From positions 1,559 to 65,558 of IMG/VR virus record IMGVR_UViG_3300006117_000001: a stretch of 64,000 nucleotides of DNA; one strand, given 5' to 3'. The notes under the pieces are model-generated. The model searched no databases. It was not told the DNA's origin and worked only from the letters and a program-made list of their open reading frames with translations. Numbering within the stretch: the stretch's first letter is position 1; each line of letters opens with the position of its first letter. Source of the stretch: a virus (Duplodnaviria > Caudoviricetes). Of this stretch, positions 9,446 through 20,033 are shown piece after piece. The position numbers and the translations under genes are program-made.

Positions 9446-10330
9446 TTATTTAGTTCCTTTTAATGCTGCAACATCGGCTTGTAATTGAGTGATGATGGCT
9501 TGTTGTTCTTTAATTGATGCTACAAGAAGTGGAATAACATCGGTGTATTGAACACCCAATTTATCTGGGTTGCTATCATCCACAGATTCAGGCAATACTT
9601 TTTGCAAATCTTGAGCAATTAAAAATGCACGACTTTTGCTTTCATCATCAGTTTTATAACGACCTGTAACAGAACGTAATGATGCAACTTTTTCTATTGC
9701 ATTTTCAATAGGTTTCAAATCAGTTTTTAAGCGTTCGTCTGAATACGAAATCCATGATGTTCCACCATAACCAATATAAACACCAGTAGCTGAGTCATTA
9801 AAAACAACAAAATTTCCAGTATTATCAGGACCAATTTGCCATTTTCTAGAAGGTTGTGCTGTGTTTACAAACCCCATACTACCTAAGGCAGTCCCTTGTG
9901 AACTAGAAAGGTTAAACTTTGTATTTGATAAAATTTGACTTGTAGTACCAACCAACAAATTACCACTAGAGTCAATACGCATCCGTTCTGTCGTATATCC
10001 ACCATTGGCAAATATTAAATTACTTCCAGCAACAATATTGGAAATCCAAGCATCGCCTGAACTAGCAGTTGGGGAAAAAGATAACCATGCATTTTGTCCT
10101 GCACCAGTAGTTGCTATTTTAATTTCAGGTTCATTTGCGGTACTAACTTGAAGAACTCTGTTAGAGCCATTTCTTCCTGATGGACTAGCAGTACCAATAC
10201 CTACATTTTGACTAGCGTCTACTGTGACTGCAGTTGTACCAGCAGTCTGGATATTTAAGATTCCGCTATTGTCTGCCGAGGTGATGACTCCACCAGCGCC
10301 AGAAGTTGAAGCGTTAATTGAAGATGCCAT
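9446..10330 (-). CDS. Tail fibre with C-terminal intramolecular chaperone (peptidase S74)
   Basis: ERMRIDSSGN repeat; SDERLKTD autocleavage motif; IAQDLQ..LPE and terminal coiled coil. Confidence 0.8.
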   Translation of the reverse strand: MASSINASTSGAGGVITSADNSGILNIQTAGTTAVTVDASQNVGIGTASPSGRNGSNRVLQVSTANEPEIKIATTGAGQNAWLSFSPTASSGDAWISNIVAGSNLIFANGGYTTERMRIDSSGNLLVGTTSQILSNTKFNLSSSQGTALGSMGFVNTAQPSRKWQIGPDNTGNFVVFNDSATGVYIGYGGTSWISYSDERLKTDLKPIENAIEKVASLRSVTGRYKTDDESKSRAFLIAQDLQKVLPESVDDSNPDKLGVQYTDVIPLLVASIKEQQAIITQLQADVAALKGTK

Positions 10331-10339
10331 GTTGATTCC

Positions 10340-11062
10340 TTATAAAATAACCCAGCGTTGACCGCTGGAAACTGTGACTGACTGTCCACTCGCTACAGAA
10401 ACAGGGCCTACGCTCATTGCGTTATTACCAGAAGCGATAGTATAGCTAGTTGATACAGTAGCAGAGTTTACTACAATACCGTTGCTAGCAACAACTTGGC
10501 TTGCCTGCAAATCGCCTGTAGAAGGCTTGTACAGGTACTTAGCGTTTGATGTGTAGATTGTTGTAGGAGCGCCAGAAGTAGCATTGGAAAACAATGGATA
10601 CAGGTTAGAAGCTGTAGTCGTATCGTTGCTAATAGAAGCACCGCTAGCAGGAGCCGCAGTCCAAGCTGGAACACCAGCAACAACCGACAAAATCTGCCCT
10701 GTTGTGCCAATAGGTAGCTTAGATAGTGTGTTGCTTGCAGAAGCGTAGAGTGTGTCGCCAGTGGTGTATGTGCTAAAACCTGTACCGCCATTAGCTTGCG
10801 CCAATGTGCCAGCTAATGTAACAGCGCCAGTGGTTGCTGTGTTAGGTGTTAATCCAGTCGTGCCGCCTGAGAAGGACGATACGTTGACGCTACCAGCTTT
10901 ACTAGCGATGACCTGTACGTTGCCGCTTGAGTCTTTATAAAAGAGCTTACCATCTGCAGTATTTAACGCCAACTCACCAGCAACCAAATTGGCTGCTAAA
11001 GGTGCATTAGTGGCGGTTGCACTGTAGTACAAGCTTAACGGAGTGTATCCCGATTGTGCCAT
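10340..11062 (-). CDS. Fibre adaptor with Mtd-N-like N-terminus
   Basis: GELALNTADGKLFYKD N-terminal motif; NAMSVGPVSV..GQRWVIL C-terminus. Confidence 0.6.
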   Translation of the reverse strand: MAQSGYTPLSLYYSATATNAPLAANLVAGELALNTADGKLFYKDSSGNVQVIASKAGSVNVSSFSGGTTGLTPNTATTGAVTLAGTLAQANGGTGFSTYTTGDTLYASASNTLSKLPIGTTGQILSVVAGVPAWTAAPASGASISNDTTTASNLYPLFSNATSGAPTTIYTSNAKYLYKPSTGDLQASQVVASNGIVVNSATVSTSYTIASGNNAMSVGPVSVASGQSVTVSSGQRWVIL

Positions 11063-11078
11063 ATTTATTTCCTTCTAA

Positions 11079-13070
11079 TTAAAATGAACCGCCAGATACA
11101 ACTGTAATGCCGTATCCAGATAAGGTTGTGGGTTTACTTGTCAAATCGGCAAAAACTCCGCTAAACAAAGTAGGCTTGCTTGTCAAGTCAGTATACGAGC
11201 CGCTAGTTGCTACTGTAGCTAAAGTTGGCTTTCCTGTCAAGTCAGCATACGCACCTGAGAACAAAGTAGGCTTATTTGTTAAATCGGTATATGAACCGCT
11301 AAACAGGGTTGGCTTGTTAATCAGGTCAGTATATGAACCGCTAGTTGCCACAGTAGCTAATGTGGGTTTGCTTGTCAGATCGGTATATACACCAGAGAAC
11401 AAACTTGGCTTGTTAGACAAATCATTATAAGAACCGCTAGTTGCCACTGTTGCCAAGCTACTGCTGTTTGCTTTAAGAGCTAACGCGCTATCAACCGCAG
11501 TCTTAGTATAAGCATCAGTAACGCCATAACCAGACAATGTAGTAGCTTTATCAGCCTTGCCCGATACAGTATTAGTCAAGGCAGCCGCTGCGGACTCATC
11601 ACTTGCTAACTGAGCATCAATCTTAGCCAATGTGTTCAGAGCAGCAGGAGCAGCTCCTACAACAGCTTGGATTGCAGAGCTTACATCTGTTGGGCTTGTT
11701 GGGGTATACCCTAATGCGTTAGCAATTGATGTAGTTGTTACGCTTGCATCTGTACCAGCTGGACCTGTAGCACCAGTGTCACCTTTAGGACCCTGAATTC
11801 CTTGAGGACCCTGAGCACCTGTGGCACCAGTAGCGCCAGTATCACCTTTTAAGCCCTGCGGTCCAGTTGCACCAGTAGCTCCTGTATCACCTTTAGGGCC
11901 TTGGATACCCTGAGCACCTGTTGCACCAGTATCGCCAGTTGCGCCTGTATCACCCTTTAACCCTTGTGGGCCTTGAGGACCAGTAGCGCCTGTTGCGCCG
12001 TCCATTCCAGCTGCACCTGTATCGCCTTTAGGACCTTGAGGACCAGTTGCTCCTGTGGCACCGGTAGCTCCTGTATCACCCTTCAAGCCTTGAGGGCCCT
12101 GTGGTCCAGTTGCGCCGTCCATGCCGTTTGTGCCATTAGTACCAGCTGCGCCAGTGTCACCCTTTAAGCCCTGAATACCTTGTGCTCCAGTAGCGCCTGT
12201 GGCTCCTGTATCACCCTTAAGTCCTTGGATACCCTGTGGACCTTGAGCGCCCGTATCACCCTTATCGCCTTGAATTCCTTGAGCGCCGGTTGCACCAGTA
12301 TCGCCTTTAGCACCATTGGGACCAGCAGGACCTTGTGCTCCTGTCGAACCAGTGTCACCCTTGTCACCTTTATCGCCTTTGAGCTGAGCAACTACGCCAG
12401 CTGGCAATGTGGTGACGTTAGATAAGTCTTTGTTTGCCTTATTGGAAACAGTTGTTGTCAAACTGGCAACAGCGGACTCATCGTTTGCTAACTGATCCGC
12501 AATTTCTTTTAATGTGTCAAGCGCCATTGGGGCGCCATTTACTAAAGCGGCAATAGAAGCATCAATCTGTGGCTGAATGTCTGCGCCAGTTAATACCTGG
12601 TTGCCGTGAACTTTAACACCATAGTTATCAATTACAACAGAACCATTAGCAACGTCAATAGCTGTTGCGCTAACTTGTGGCACGTCAATCGAATCTGGTG
12701 CTACTACAACTACAGTACCAGTAATTGGTTCTGTAAAATATAGATAGAACGAGTTAATGTCAATGTCTGTCTTACCAGCAGAAACAATGTTTCCGTTGGA
12801 CTGTCTGATTTGGTACCAGACGTTAGTAGTGCCTAAATTGTGCTGCACCAACCACATGGAGGCAGCGCCGCCTTGGTTGTGTACGTATGAATTTGTCTTG
12901 CTAGCGAACGGATACCATGTTGTTAATCCGCCTAGTTGAATATAAGCATAAATAGCTTGATCTTTAATAATGATCGTGCCAATAGCAGGGTTAGCCGGGA
13001 AGCCCGACTCGTCTTTCGACATAACCAATGCGCCGTAAAGCGATAGGTCATTTAGTACTCTTGTTTCCAT
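11079..13070 (-). CDS. Collagen-like fibre protein
   Basis: Long Gly-X-Y tract (GDTGATGAQ), [11 protein letters not shown] motifs, [11 protein letters not shown] repeats, C-terminal GGSF. Confidence 0.8.
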   Translation of the reverse strand: METRVLNDLSLYGALVMSKDESGFPANPAIGTIIIKDQAIYAYIQLGGLTTWYPFASKTNSYVHNQGGAASMWLVQHNLGTTNVWYQIRQSNGNIVSAGKTDIDINSFYLYFTEPITGTVVVVAPDSIDVPQVSATAIDVANGSVVIDNYGVKVHGNQVLTGADIQPQIDASIAALVNGAPMALDTLKEIADQLANDESAVASLTTTVSNKANKDLSNVTTLPAGVVAQLKGDKGDKGDTGSTGAQGPAGPNGAKGDTGATGAQGIQGDKGDTGAQGPQGIQGLKGDTGATGATGAQGIQGLKGDTGAAGTNGTNGMDGATGPQGPQGLKGDTGATGATGATGPQGPKGDTGAAGMDGATGATGPQGPQGLKGDTGATGDTGATGAQGIQGPKGDTGATGATGPQGLKGDTGATGATGAQGPQGIQGPKGDTGATGPAGTDASVTTTSIANALGYTPTSPTDVSSAIQAVVGAAPAALNTLAKIDAQLASDESAAAALTNTVSGKADKATTLSGYGVTDAYTKTAVDSALALKANSSSLATVATSGSYNDLSNKPSLFSGVYTDLTSKPTLATVATSGSYTDLINKPTLFSGSYTDLTNKPTLFSGAYADLTGKPTLATVATSGSYTDLTSKPTLFSGVFADLTSKPTTLSGYGITVVSGGSF

Positions 13071-13286
13071 TTATAATTCCTTTGGAGGTGTTATGCCACG
13101 CATGTACGCCTGACCAGTGGCAACCATTTTCATCACGCTCAGAGTGTCATAACTCTGCAGTATTCTGTTTAATAGCTCTTCTGTAGTGATGTGACTGCTT
13201 GCGTAGTCAGCTCTTAATTTTTTAATATCATCCGCGACACGATATAACCACTCTGAAATTCTCTCCGCATCAGTCATGCTGCGCAA
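13071..13286 (-). CDS. Hypothetical protein
   Basis: 71 aa ORF coupled to its neighbours. Confidence 0.45.
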   Translation of the reverse strand: MRSMTDAERISEWLYRVADDIKKLRADYASSHITTEELLNRILQSYDTLSVMKMVATGQAYMRGITPPKEL

Positions 13287-13479
13287 TCACCTTCTCGGCA
13301 CGTTCATAATAACGTTTAAGCCAGTCAATGTTTTCCACTAACTGCACTTTGTCATCCTCACTAAATTCTTTGGTATTGTCGATAATCTGGGCTAACTGTC
13401 TAACCTGAGACTCGATCTTCTTTAATGCTTGAGGTACTGTTGTTATTGATGAAAAGTTAAAATTGGGTAATTTTTGCAT
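13270..13479 (-). CDS. Hypothetical protein
   Basis: 69 aa helical ORF. Confidence 0.45.
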   Translation of the reverse strand: MQKLPNFNFSSITTVPQALKKIESQVRQLAQIIDNTKEFSEDDKVQLVENIDWLKRYYERAEKVIAQHD

Positions 13480-13485
13480 GCTAGT

Positions 13486-13507
13486 AGAGGGGGATCGCTC
13501 CCCCTCT
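13486..13507 (-). terminator. GC-rich hairpin after the coiled-coil fibre gene
   Basis: 9-bp stem AGAGGGGGA/TCCCCCTCT immediately after the stop; no clear U-tract. Confidence 0.45.
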
Positions 13508-13513
13508 CCTATA

Positions 13514-15370
13514 TTACAATGTTACTGCGTTACGTACAATTGCCTTAACTTTCAAGGCTGTAGACAAGTATACGCGAACAGTGTTTGCGTCAACTTCTTG
13601 AACGGAAACGATGTCGTTGTAGTACAAGCCATCAGCGCGCTGAACTTTAACAGAAATCTCAGCAAAACTTGTGTTCAAGTTGTGTGAAATTGTGTGAGTT
13701 GTAGCAGCTGAAACAGCTTCAAATGTAAAGATTGTTGCATTGTAGTCGCTACGAATAGCAGCTTCAGCAGCTTCTGCACGTGTTGCTTCAGCAGCTTCAG
13801 CAGCTTGAGCGCGTGTAACTTCAGCAGCCAAGTCGCTTGCAATAGCAGCTTCTGCAGCAGTAGCACGGAGTGCCTCAGATGCAGTAGCAGCAGCGTTAGC
13901 AGCTTCAGCTGTTTGAGCACGTGTTGTCTCAGCAGCGATGTCGCTTGCCAAACCAGCTTCAGCAGCTTGAGCGCGTGTTGTCTCAGCAGAAACAGCAGCA
14001 GCACGAGCAGATGCTTCAGTAGCAATATCACTTGCCAAACCAGCTTCAGCAGCTTGAGCACGAGTAGCTTCTGCAGCAATAGCAGATGCGTTAGTAGCAT
14101 CGCCAGCGATACGTGCAGTAGCTTCTGCAGTTACAGCAGCAGCGCGTGCAGTAGCTTCAGCAGCAATGTCTGATGCCAAACCAGCTTCAGCAGCAGTAGC
14201 ACGTGTTGTCTCAGCAGCAATATCAGATGCTAAGCCAGCTTCAACGCCAGTAGCACGATTGTACTCTGCAGTATCTGCAGCAGCGCGTGTAGCAGCTTCA
14301 GCAGAAATGTCAGATGCTAAACCAGCTTCAGCTGTTTGTGCACGTGACTGCTCAGCAGTAACGGCAGCAGCGCGAGCTGTTGCTTCAGCAGCGATGTCAG
14401 AAGACAAGCCAGCTTCAGCAGCTTGAGCACGTGTTGTCTCAGCAGAGATAGCAGCAGCGTTTGTAGCATCGCCAGCTGCGCGAGCAGTAGCTTCAGCAGA
14501 AATGTCAGATGACAAACCAGCTTCAGCAGCTTGAGCACGTGTTGTTTCAGCAGAAATGTCAGAAGACAGACCAGCTTCAGCAGTTTGTGCACGGCTAACT
14601 TCAGCAGAGATCGCAGCAGCGTTAGATACACCGTCAGCCTTAACTTCGTCGATAGCAGCAACAATAGTTGACTTATCGTTAGTTGTTAGGTCAGAGAGGT
14701 TACCAATCTTACCGTTTGTTTGGCTTTCTAAGCTTGTTACGCGTGTGTCTAATGCACCTTCAGCAGCAGTTGCACGTGTTGTTTCAGCAGAAATAGCTGA
14801 ATTCAATGTGTTGTAGTTGCTTGTTGCTGTTGATGTAATAGCAGCTTCAGCAGCTGTTGCACGGGTTACTTCAGCGTCCAAATTGCTTTGAACTGTGTTA
14901 ACCATACCTTCGATTACGTTAACGATATTGGGATCGTTTTGTAATGCAGAAGCTAATTTGGTGATTGTGTCAAGAACTGAAGGAGGAATACCGCCCAACA
15001 ATTCAGCTTTAGCAGCGTCTGTGTAAGCCTTAGCTGTAACTAAAGCAGCGTCGGTGTAAACACCAGCAGAAGCCAAAGTAGCAGCATCGCCAGCTTGACG
15101 AGCAGAAGCTTCTGCAGAGATGTCAGATGCTAAAGAAGCACGAACAGTCTCAAGAGCAGCAGCAGCAGAGTCAACATCGCTGATTGTCTTAACTACAACA
15201 GCACCAGTGCTATCAAGTGCAGAATACTTTACAACTTTCTCAACTGAATTGAACCAAACACGACCAGCAGCAACCGGTGTTGGGTCTGTTGAGAGGATTT
15301 CGAGATTCAAGTTCTCGACATAGGCATTGGCCGCTAAGGTTATGCCATGAAATACTGGGAAATTCGCCAT
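13514..15370 (-). CDS. Long Ala-rich coiled-coil fibre protein
   Basis: Tandem AETTRAQAAEAGLASDI repeats; C-terminal TISHNLNT domain. Confidence 0.75.
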   Translation of the reverse strand: MANFPVFHGITLAANAYVENLNLEILSTDPTPVAAGRVWFNSVEKVVKYSALDSTGAVVVKTISDVDSAAAALETVRASLASDISAEASARQAGDAATLASAGVYTDAALVTAKAYTDAAKAELLGGIPPSVLDTITKLASALQNDPNIVNVIEGMVNTVQSNLDAEVTRATAAEAAITSTATSNYNTLNSAISAETTRATAAEGALDTRVTSLESQTNGKIGNLSDLTTNDKSTIVAAIDEVKADGVSNAAAISAEVSRAQTAEAGLSSDISAETTRAQAAEAGLSSDISAEATARAAGDATNAAAISAETTRAQAAEAGLSSDIAAEATARAAAVTAEQSRAQTAEAGLASDISAEAATRAAADTAEYNRATGVEAGLASDIAAETTRATAAEAGLASDIAAEATARAAAVTAEATARIAGDATNASAIAAEATRAQAAEAGLASDIATEASARAAAVSAETTRAQAAEAGLASDIAAETTRAQTAEAANAAATASEALRATAAEAAIASDLAAEVTRAQAAEAAEATRAEAAEAAIRSDYNATIFTFEAVSAATTHTISHNLNTSFAEISVKVQRADGLYYNDIVSVQEVDANTVRVYLSTALKVKAIVRNAVTL

Positions 15371-15423
15371 GAGTCATTACTCCAAATAATTGTTATAGAT
15401 TTATCTCGACACGACCCAATTAA

Positions 15424-15630
15424 TTAAACTACAAAACGTCTCAACACTAGTAGTTCCTGATCAACTCTTAATGCATCAGAACTAGCATGTTTTACTCGCC
15501 AATCTACCTCCGGTGTATCGCTGAGGAAATGGAACATATTGTCCTTGTATCCTATTAGCTCGCCACCATTCGCTTTAATATAAGCAGCGAAATGCATCTC
15601 GCGCTTATGAACTGCAATCTTAAATTCCAT
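15424..15630 (-). CDS. Small protein, DUF5659-like
   Basis: 68 aa; HFAAYIKANG...FHF pattern, by-eye resemblance only. Confidence 0.4.
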   Translation of the reverse strand: MEFKIAVHKREMHFAAYIKANGGELIGYKDNMFHFLSDTPEVDWRVKHASSDALRVDQELLVLRRFVV

Positions 15631-15647
15631 AAAGTGTCATTCAATTG

Positions 15648-15923
15648 TTATACAATGAAGATCACGTTAGCGCGACCAGACATTGCCTCGGTTAAATTAA
15701 TGACGATTTCACTCTCCGACGTAGCTTGAGTAGAAGCAAAAAACTTTTTATTGTTAGTGTCAAACAGATCTAACATATAACGAGTAGTGTTTAAATTATG
15801 CTCTATAACCCAAGTGTTATTGGGAACTGAAAATTCGTATGATTCTGCAACAGCTGTAAACCCTGATGCTGTGGGTGTACCATAGACTGAGCCGTAAACT
15901 CTGGCAAAATATTGTTGAGCCAT
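15648..15923 (-). CDS. Small structural protein with W-x-I-x-HNL domain
   Basis: NTWVIEHNLNT motif shared with ORFs 11079 and 13514. Confidence 0.5.
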   Translation of the reverse strand: MAQQYFARVYGSVYGTPTASGFTAVAESYEFSVPNNTWVIEHNLNTTRYMLDLFDTNNKKFFASTQATSESEIVINLTEAMSGRANVIFIV

Positions 15924-15926
15924 TTG

Positions 15927-16247
15927 TTAGATACCAGCTTGAACTACACGTAATGTTGCCGTCCCCGTTGTATATGCTGTAATTCTAAATCGAACCGCCA
16001 CGACAGGATACGCATAAAATCCGTCAGCAGATGTTTGCACGTTTGACAAAAATGGAAACCATGTTGCTGCGTCAATAGATGCTTGGTCTGTGATCTTGTT
16101 GTATGTGTGCTCCACGGTGTATGTCATTACTGCACCGGGTGTTAAAGTTACTGCTAAACCGACGTTAATCGGGGTAATATTTAAGTCCAGCGGAACGACT
16201 GCACTGATTCCTGCTGCACTTAGGGAAGTTGTCATTGGCGTTGCCAT
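15927..16247 (-). CDS. Small beta-sandwich virion protein, paralog of 19254-19559
   Basis: VPLD..ITP.NV...P..AVR...LRVVQAGI matches VVLD..ISP.QV...P.RAIR...LTVIQSGGI. Confidence 0.55.
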   Translation of the reverse strand: MATPMTTSLSAAGISAVVPLDLNITPINVGLAVTLTPGAVMTYTVEHTYNKITDQASIDAATWFPFLSNVQTSADGFYAYPVVAVRFRITAYTTGTATLRVVQAGI

Positions 16248-16256
16248 AATATCCTC

Positions 16257-18908
16257 TTAGAAAGTTCCGCCAAAAATACCGGTAGTTGCAGTCACTGTGG
16301 CCACGGAAACTGTTCCGCCTGTGATGTTCACGTTGTTCGCATTTTGCGTTGACATCGTGCCAAGTCCAGTGATTGCCGTATTTGGTATTGTTGTATTGGC
16401 ACTCATTGGCGACGTGCCGTTACCATAAACATAACCTGTTAAGGTTGATGCTCCTGTACCACCGTTAATAACAGGTAATATTCCTGTAACGCCAGTTGTT
16501 AATGGCAGGCCTGTTGCATTTGTTAATGTTACTGCCGTTGGCGTATCAAGGTTTGGCGCTGTTAATACTGGGTTTGATGCTCTTACAAAAACGCCACTTC
16601 CTGTGCCTGTATACTCTGCATTTGATAAATGGTAATACTCATTTGCAGATCCACCCTGTAAACCACCAAGGCCATCATGCAAAGTTACTAATGGCGTTAA
16701 TACATTAGATGAATACTGTGTGCCGTTATATGCAGCTGTTACTACTGTATTTGCTGTTGAAGTGGTAAATCCAATACCGCCTAAAGAGTCAGTTGCGTTA
16801 ATTGTAAACGCTGGCTGTGTAGTTTGTACTACATACAGACCATAGTTAGGCGTAATATTAGTAATATTTGGTGATGTTATTCCAAACAAATTATGCCAAA
16901 GACTACCATTTACAGATGTCTCGTTTACGTAAGTAATCGGTACGGCGATAGTAACAACTGTGTTAGAAGTCTTAGCCGTAATCTGGTAAAGACCCTGTGG
17001 TGTTTCTAAGTAATCTGCTACAGTGTTAGTGGCAGATGCTACAGCTGTGCTGAAGAAAGAGGCAGATGCCGTTACTGTTCTAGAAGTTCCCGCGCCGCTT
17101 GTTGTTAATGTTACACCTGTTGCAGACGATGGTGTAATTTGATATGTATTTCTAGTAAAGGTGGTGGTTCTTCCACCTGCGGTAGAGTTAACACCAATGT
17201 AAATATCAAACGTCCATTGACCTGCATCTAATACTGTTCTTCCTAATGGTGCAGATTGTAAACCAATTGCAGCAACAGTATTTGCATTAGGATTGGACGA
17301 CGCTGTCTGTGTACCACCTGCGGTTACTGGAGTTGTTGCTAATGTAATGATTGGTAGGGTATTATTTGTTCCCGTACCAGTTATCAGTGGTGTAGCATTC
17401 CAAAAACTAATGCCTTGACCAGCACTACCACTTGGATTATTTGATACGTTTACCCAGTTAGATCCATTCCACCCTAATAGCTGACCCAACACGGGTCCGC
17501 TTACGTTTACATCAGTTAGGTTTGTTAACGGGAATGATCCAGATCCGCCCAAACTGATTGACGTGCCACCAACAGTGATAGCGCTGTTTGTCAATCCACT
17601 ATTTGGGATAGTTGTGTTAATTGCACTAGCAGGAATGCTAATTGTGTCGTTTACTATTGAAGTAATCTGACCCTGTGCATTTACAGTAATCTGTGGAGTT
17701 TGGCTTGGTGATCCGTACGCTCCAGGGGTTACTGCGGTATTTGCTAACGCTATTGTAACTGGTGTAGAACCGTTGTAGCTTGTGCCAGACAGTCCTGTAC
17801 CAATTGTTAATGCGTTTGTTGCTGTGGCTGTAACTGTTGTCGAGCCGCCCAAACTGACACTATTACCGTTAATAGTGATCGAACTGTTTGAAAGTTGGCT
17901 ATTACTGATATTGCTTAATGTGCCGCCTAATGTTAGGCTGCCTGTAGTTGTTACTGTGCCAGTAAGCGTGATACCGTTTACTGAGCCAGTTCCGGATACT
18001 GATGTTACAGAACCGCTACCCTTATTGTTAAAGGTGTTCCAATCTGTGCTTGTCAAATAGCCGTTGACAGAAGCACTTGCAGCGGCCATACTAATTGTCG
18101 GCGTTGCGCCGCCAGATGAAACAACTGGCGCTGTACCAGATACGCTTGTCACTGTACCAACGTTGATCGAGCCGCCTAGGCTGGTTGGTGTGCCATTAAT
18201 TGTGATAGCACTGTTCGCCAACTGGGCATTTGAAATGGTGCCACTGAGATCCGTTGTGGGGATCGTAGCCGAACCAGTAATTGCGCTGGTTCCATTACCT
18301 TTCAAATAACCGGTTAGGGTTACAGCTCCCGTCCCGCCGCTTGCCACACCCAACGTACCAGCCAGGGTTACTGCGCCAGTGGTTGAGGTAGACGGTGTTA
18401 GTCCAGATAAAGATGTTTGAAAAGATGTTACGCCAATTACTGGTACATTTTCCCAGCTGGTGTCGTAATCTGCATTACTTACTTTATACAGAATTTGGCC
18501 AGTTGTTCCACCAATCGGTACACCAGCTCCGGGAATACCTTGAGGGCCTTGTGGGCCTGTAGCACCAGTTGCGCCGGTAGCGCCGGTAGCGCCTGTTGCA
18601 CCTTGGATGCCCTGATCGCCGCGTGGAATGACAAACTCTAAGTAGGCGTCGTTAATCGAGCCTGCGTTGGTGACACTCGCATTCGTCCCGGGTAGGCCTG
18701 TTGTGGTCGAGTAGACCTGAATTGTGGCTGCATAGCCACGTGGGCCTTGGGGGCCAATCGGACCTTGTGGGCCTGCTGGACCGCCTAGATTGGCAATAGC
18801 TTGCAGTTGAGTCTGTTTAGTGACCCCATTTTGCACGATAACCGATAGCTCATTGCCAGTGAGTGGCCCTGTTGCTACTGGTAGTTGTGATATGCTCTGA
18901 TTGGCCAT
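16257..18908 (-). CDS. Long fibre protein
   Basis: 883 aa; ISQLP N-terminus, short collagen tract, L.NS.ITING repeats, C-terminal GGTF. Confidence 0.75.
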   Translation of the reverse strand: MANQSISQLPVATGPLTGNELSVIVQNGVTKQTQLQAIANLGGPAGPQGPIGPQGPRGYAATIQVYSTTTGLPGTNASVTNAGSINDAYLEFVIPRGDQGIQGATGATGATGATGATGPQGPQGIPGAGVPIGGTTGQILYKVSNADYDTSWENVPVIGVTSFQTSLSGLTPSTSTTGAVTLAGTLGVASGGTGAVTLTGYLKGNGTSAITGSATIPTTDLSGTISNAQLANSAITINGTPTSLGGSINVGTVTSVSGTAPVVSSGGATPTISMAAASASVNGYLTSTDWNTFNNKGSGSVTSVSGTGSVNGITLTGTVTTTGSLTLGGTLSNISNSQLSNSSITINGNSVSLGGSTTVTATATNALTIGTGLSGTSYNGSTPVTIALANTAVTPGAYGSPSQTPQITVNAQGQITSIVNDTISIPASAINTTIPNSGLTNSAITVGGTSISLGGSGSFPLTNLTDVNVSGPVLGQLLGWNGSNWVNVSNNPSGSAGQGISFWNATPLITGTGTNNTLPIITLATTPVTAGGTQTASSNPNANTVAAIGLQSAPLGRTVLDAGQWTFDIYIGVNSTAGGRTTTFTRNTYQITPSSATGVTLTTSGAGTSRTVTASASFFSTAVASATNTVADYLETPQGLYQITAKTSNTVVTIAVPITYVNETSVNGSLWHNLFGITSPNITNITPNYGLYVVQTTQPAFTINATDSLGGIGFTTSTANTVVTAAYNGTQYSSNVLTPLVTLHDGLGGLQGGSANEYYHLSNAEYTGTGSGVFVRASNPVLTAPNLDTPTAVTLTNATGLPLTTGVTGILPVINGGTGASTLTGYVYGNGTSPMSANTTIPNTAITGLGTMSTQNANNVNITGGTVSVATVTATTGIFGGTF

Positions 18909-18912
18909 TTTA

Positions 18913-19254
18913 TTATTCTGTTATGTTGCCTGATTCACCAGCGGTTGTGGCCTGCTCTGGAGTCTGAGTAACAAAAAACTCATTACCGTTCAACGGTCCT
19001 GTGTTTAGTAAGTTACCACCAATTGGGCCTGTTGCAACCGATACATCTGGGCGGGGGAAACGCAACGCAATATTCTCTGTTTGACGCGCTGGCAAACGCC
19101 AAGGGTCAAAATTATCCTTATCGTCCTTACAAACCCGCATACCGGGAAAGTTTGGATCGGGCATTAATTCTGTATAGGCAAACTTACGGGAGCATCTGTC
19201 GCATATTGCTACAGATAATACGCTGTTACCCCGAGTATCGAGGTATACTGGCAT
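18913..19254 (-). CDS. Cys-containing morphogenesis protein
   Basis: AICDRC...RVC...DP...LRFPRPD motif. Confidence 0.5.
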   Translation of the reverse strand: MPVYLDTRGNSVLSVAICDRCSRKFAYTELMPDPNFPGMRVCKDDKDNFDPWRLPARQTENIALRFPRPDVSVATGPIGGNLLNTGPLNGNEFFVTQTPEQATTAGESGNITE

Positions 19255-19559
19255 TATATGCCTCCGGATTGGATTACTGTAAGCGTATCACCCTGTGTAG
19301 CACCAGACAGACGAATAGCACGATATGGCTGTGTTAAATATGTTGCTGTGTTTGGTGCTGATGCTGGAGCTGAAATCCAGTTAAACGATGGGGCAATATA
19401 CTGACCCGTTGTGCTAACTGGAAATGGATTGGTTGTGGTAACCTGAACAGTTCCAGAACCCGAGTTTGCATAGTTTACCTGAAACGGGGAAATATATTGG
19501 TCGAGCACAACTGGGGGTGTTGCCCCAGTGTTATCGGCCGTTACAATTATTTCACGCAT
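19254..19559 (-). CDS. Small virion (capsid-associated) protein
   Basis: 101 aa beta-rich, downstream of the capsid genes. Confidence 0.5.
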   Translation of the reverse strand: MREIIVTADNTGATPPVVLDQYISPFQVNYANSGSGTVQVTTTNPFPVSTTGQYIAPSFNWISAPASAPNTATYLTQPYRAIRLSGATQGDTLTVIQSGGI

Positions 19560-19580
19560 GGTTACTCCCTAAGAGTTAAA

Positions 19581-20033
19581 TTAGGAGTTTGTTAAACCAG
19601 AACCGTATGGAGTAATTGTGCCGTTGATGTTACGTGGTGTGTAAGTTACGCTAAATGTACCAACTGCGCTTGCGCCAGCTGTATAGCTAACTGCTACGTC
19701 AGATGTACCAACGTTTGCCAAAAGGGCAACTGCAGCAGAACCTGAAGCAAAAGTGATTGTGTTTACACCAGCAGCGTCGGACAATGTGCCAACTGCTGTA
19801 CCAGCAACGGTAACGTTTGTTGCACTAGGTGTGCCAGCCGCTGTAGTAACATAGTCACGTACGTTAGCGATGATTGAACCAGCTGGTAGTACAACAACTG
19901 TAGCTACGCCACCAACGATAGGGGCTTGTACTGTGCATTCTGCTGCGCCAGTGTTGTCTGGGGCGATTACGCCATTGTTTGTTGGGTTATTGCGCTTGTT
20001 GATGCGAATGGGCGCGGTAAATGTGGTTGACAT
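19581..20033 (-). CDS. Putative capsid decoration/spike protein
   Basis: 150 aa, MSTTFTAP start, LPAGS.I motif, own late promoter and leader. Confidence 0.5.
   Translation of the reverse strand: MSTTFTAPIRINKRNNPTNNGVIAPDNTGAAECTVQAPIVGGVATVVVLPAGSIIANVRDYVTTAAGTPSATNVTVAGTAVGTLSDAAGVNTITFASGSAAVALLANVGTSDVAVSYTAGASAVGTFSVTYTPRNINGTITPYGSGLTNS

Noticed and set aside
7970-11430. Diversity-generating retroelement acting on fibres (Mtd-N-like domain present)
   Set aside because: No reverse transcriptase and no TR/VR pair with adenine-specific mismatches was seen; the repeats are ordinary protein repeats.
13675-14816. Alternate-frame and antisense ORFs in the coiled-coil gene (13675, 13805, 14166, 14317, 14556)
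   Set aside because: Shadows of repetitive GCT/GCA-rich codons.
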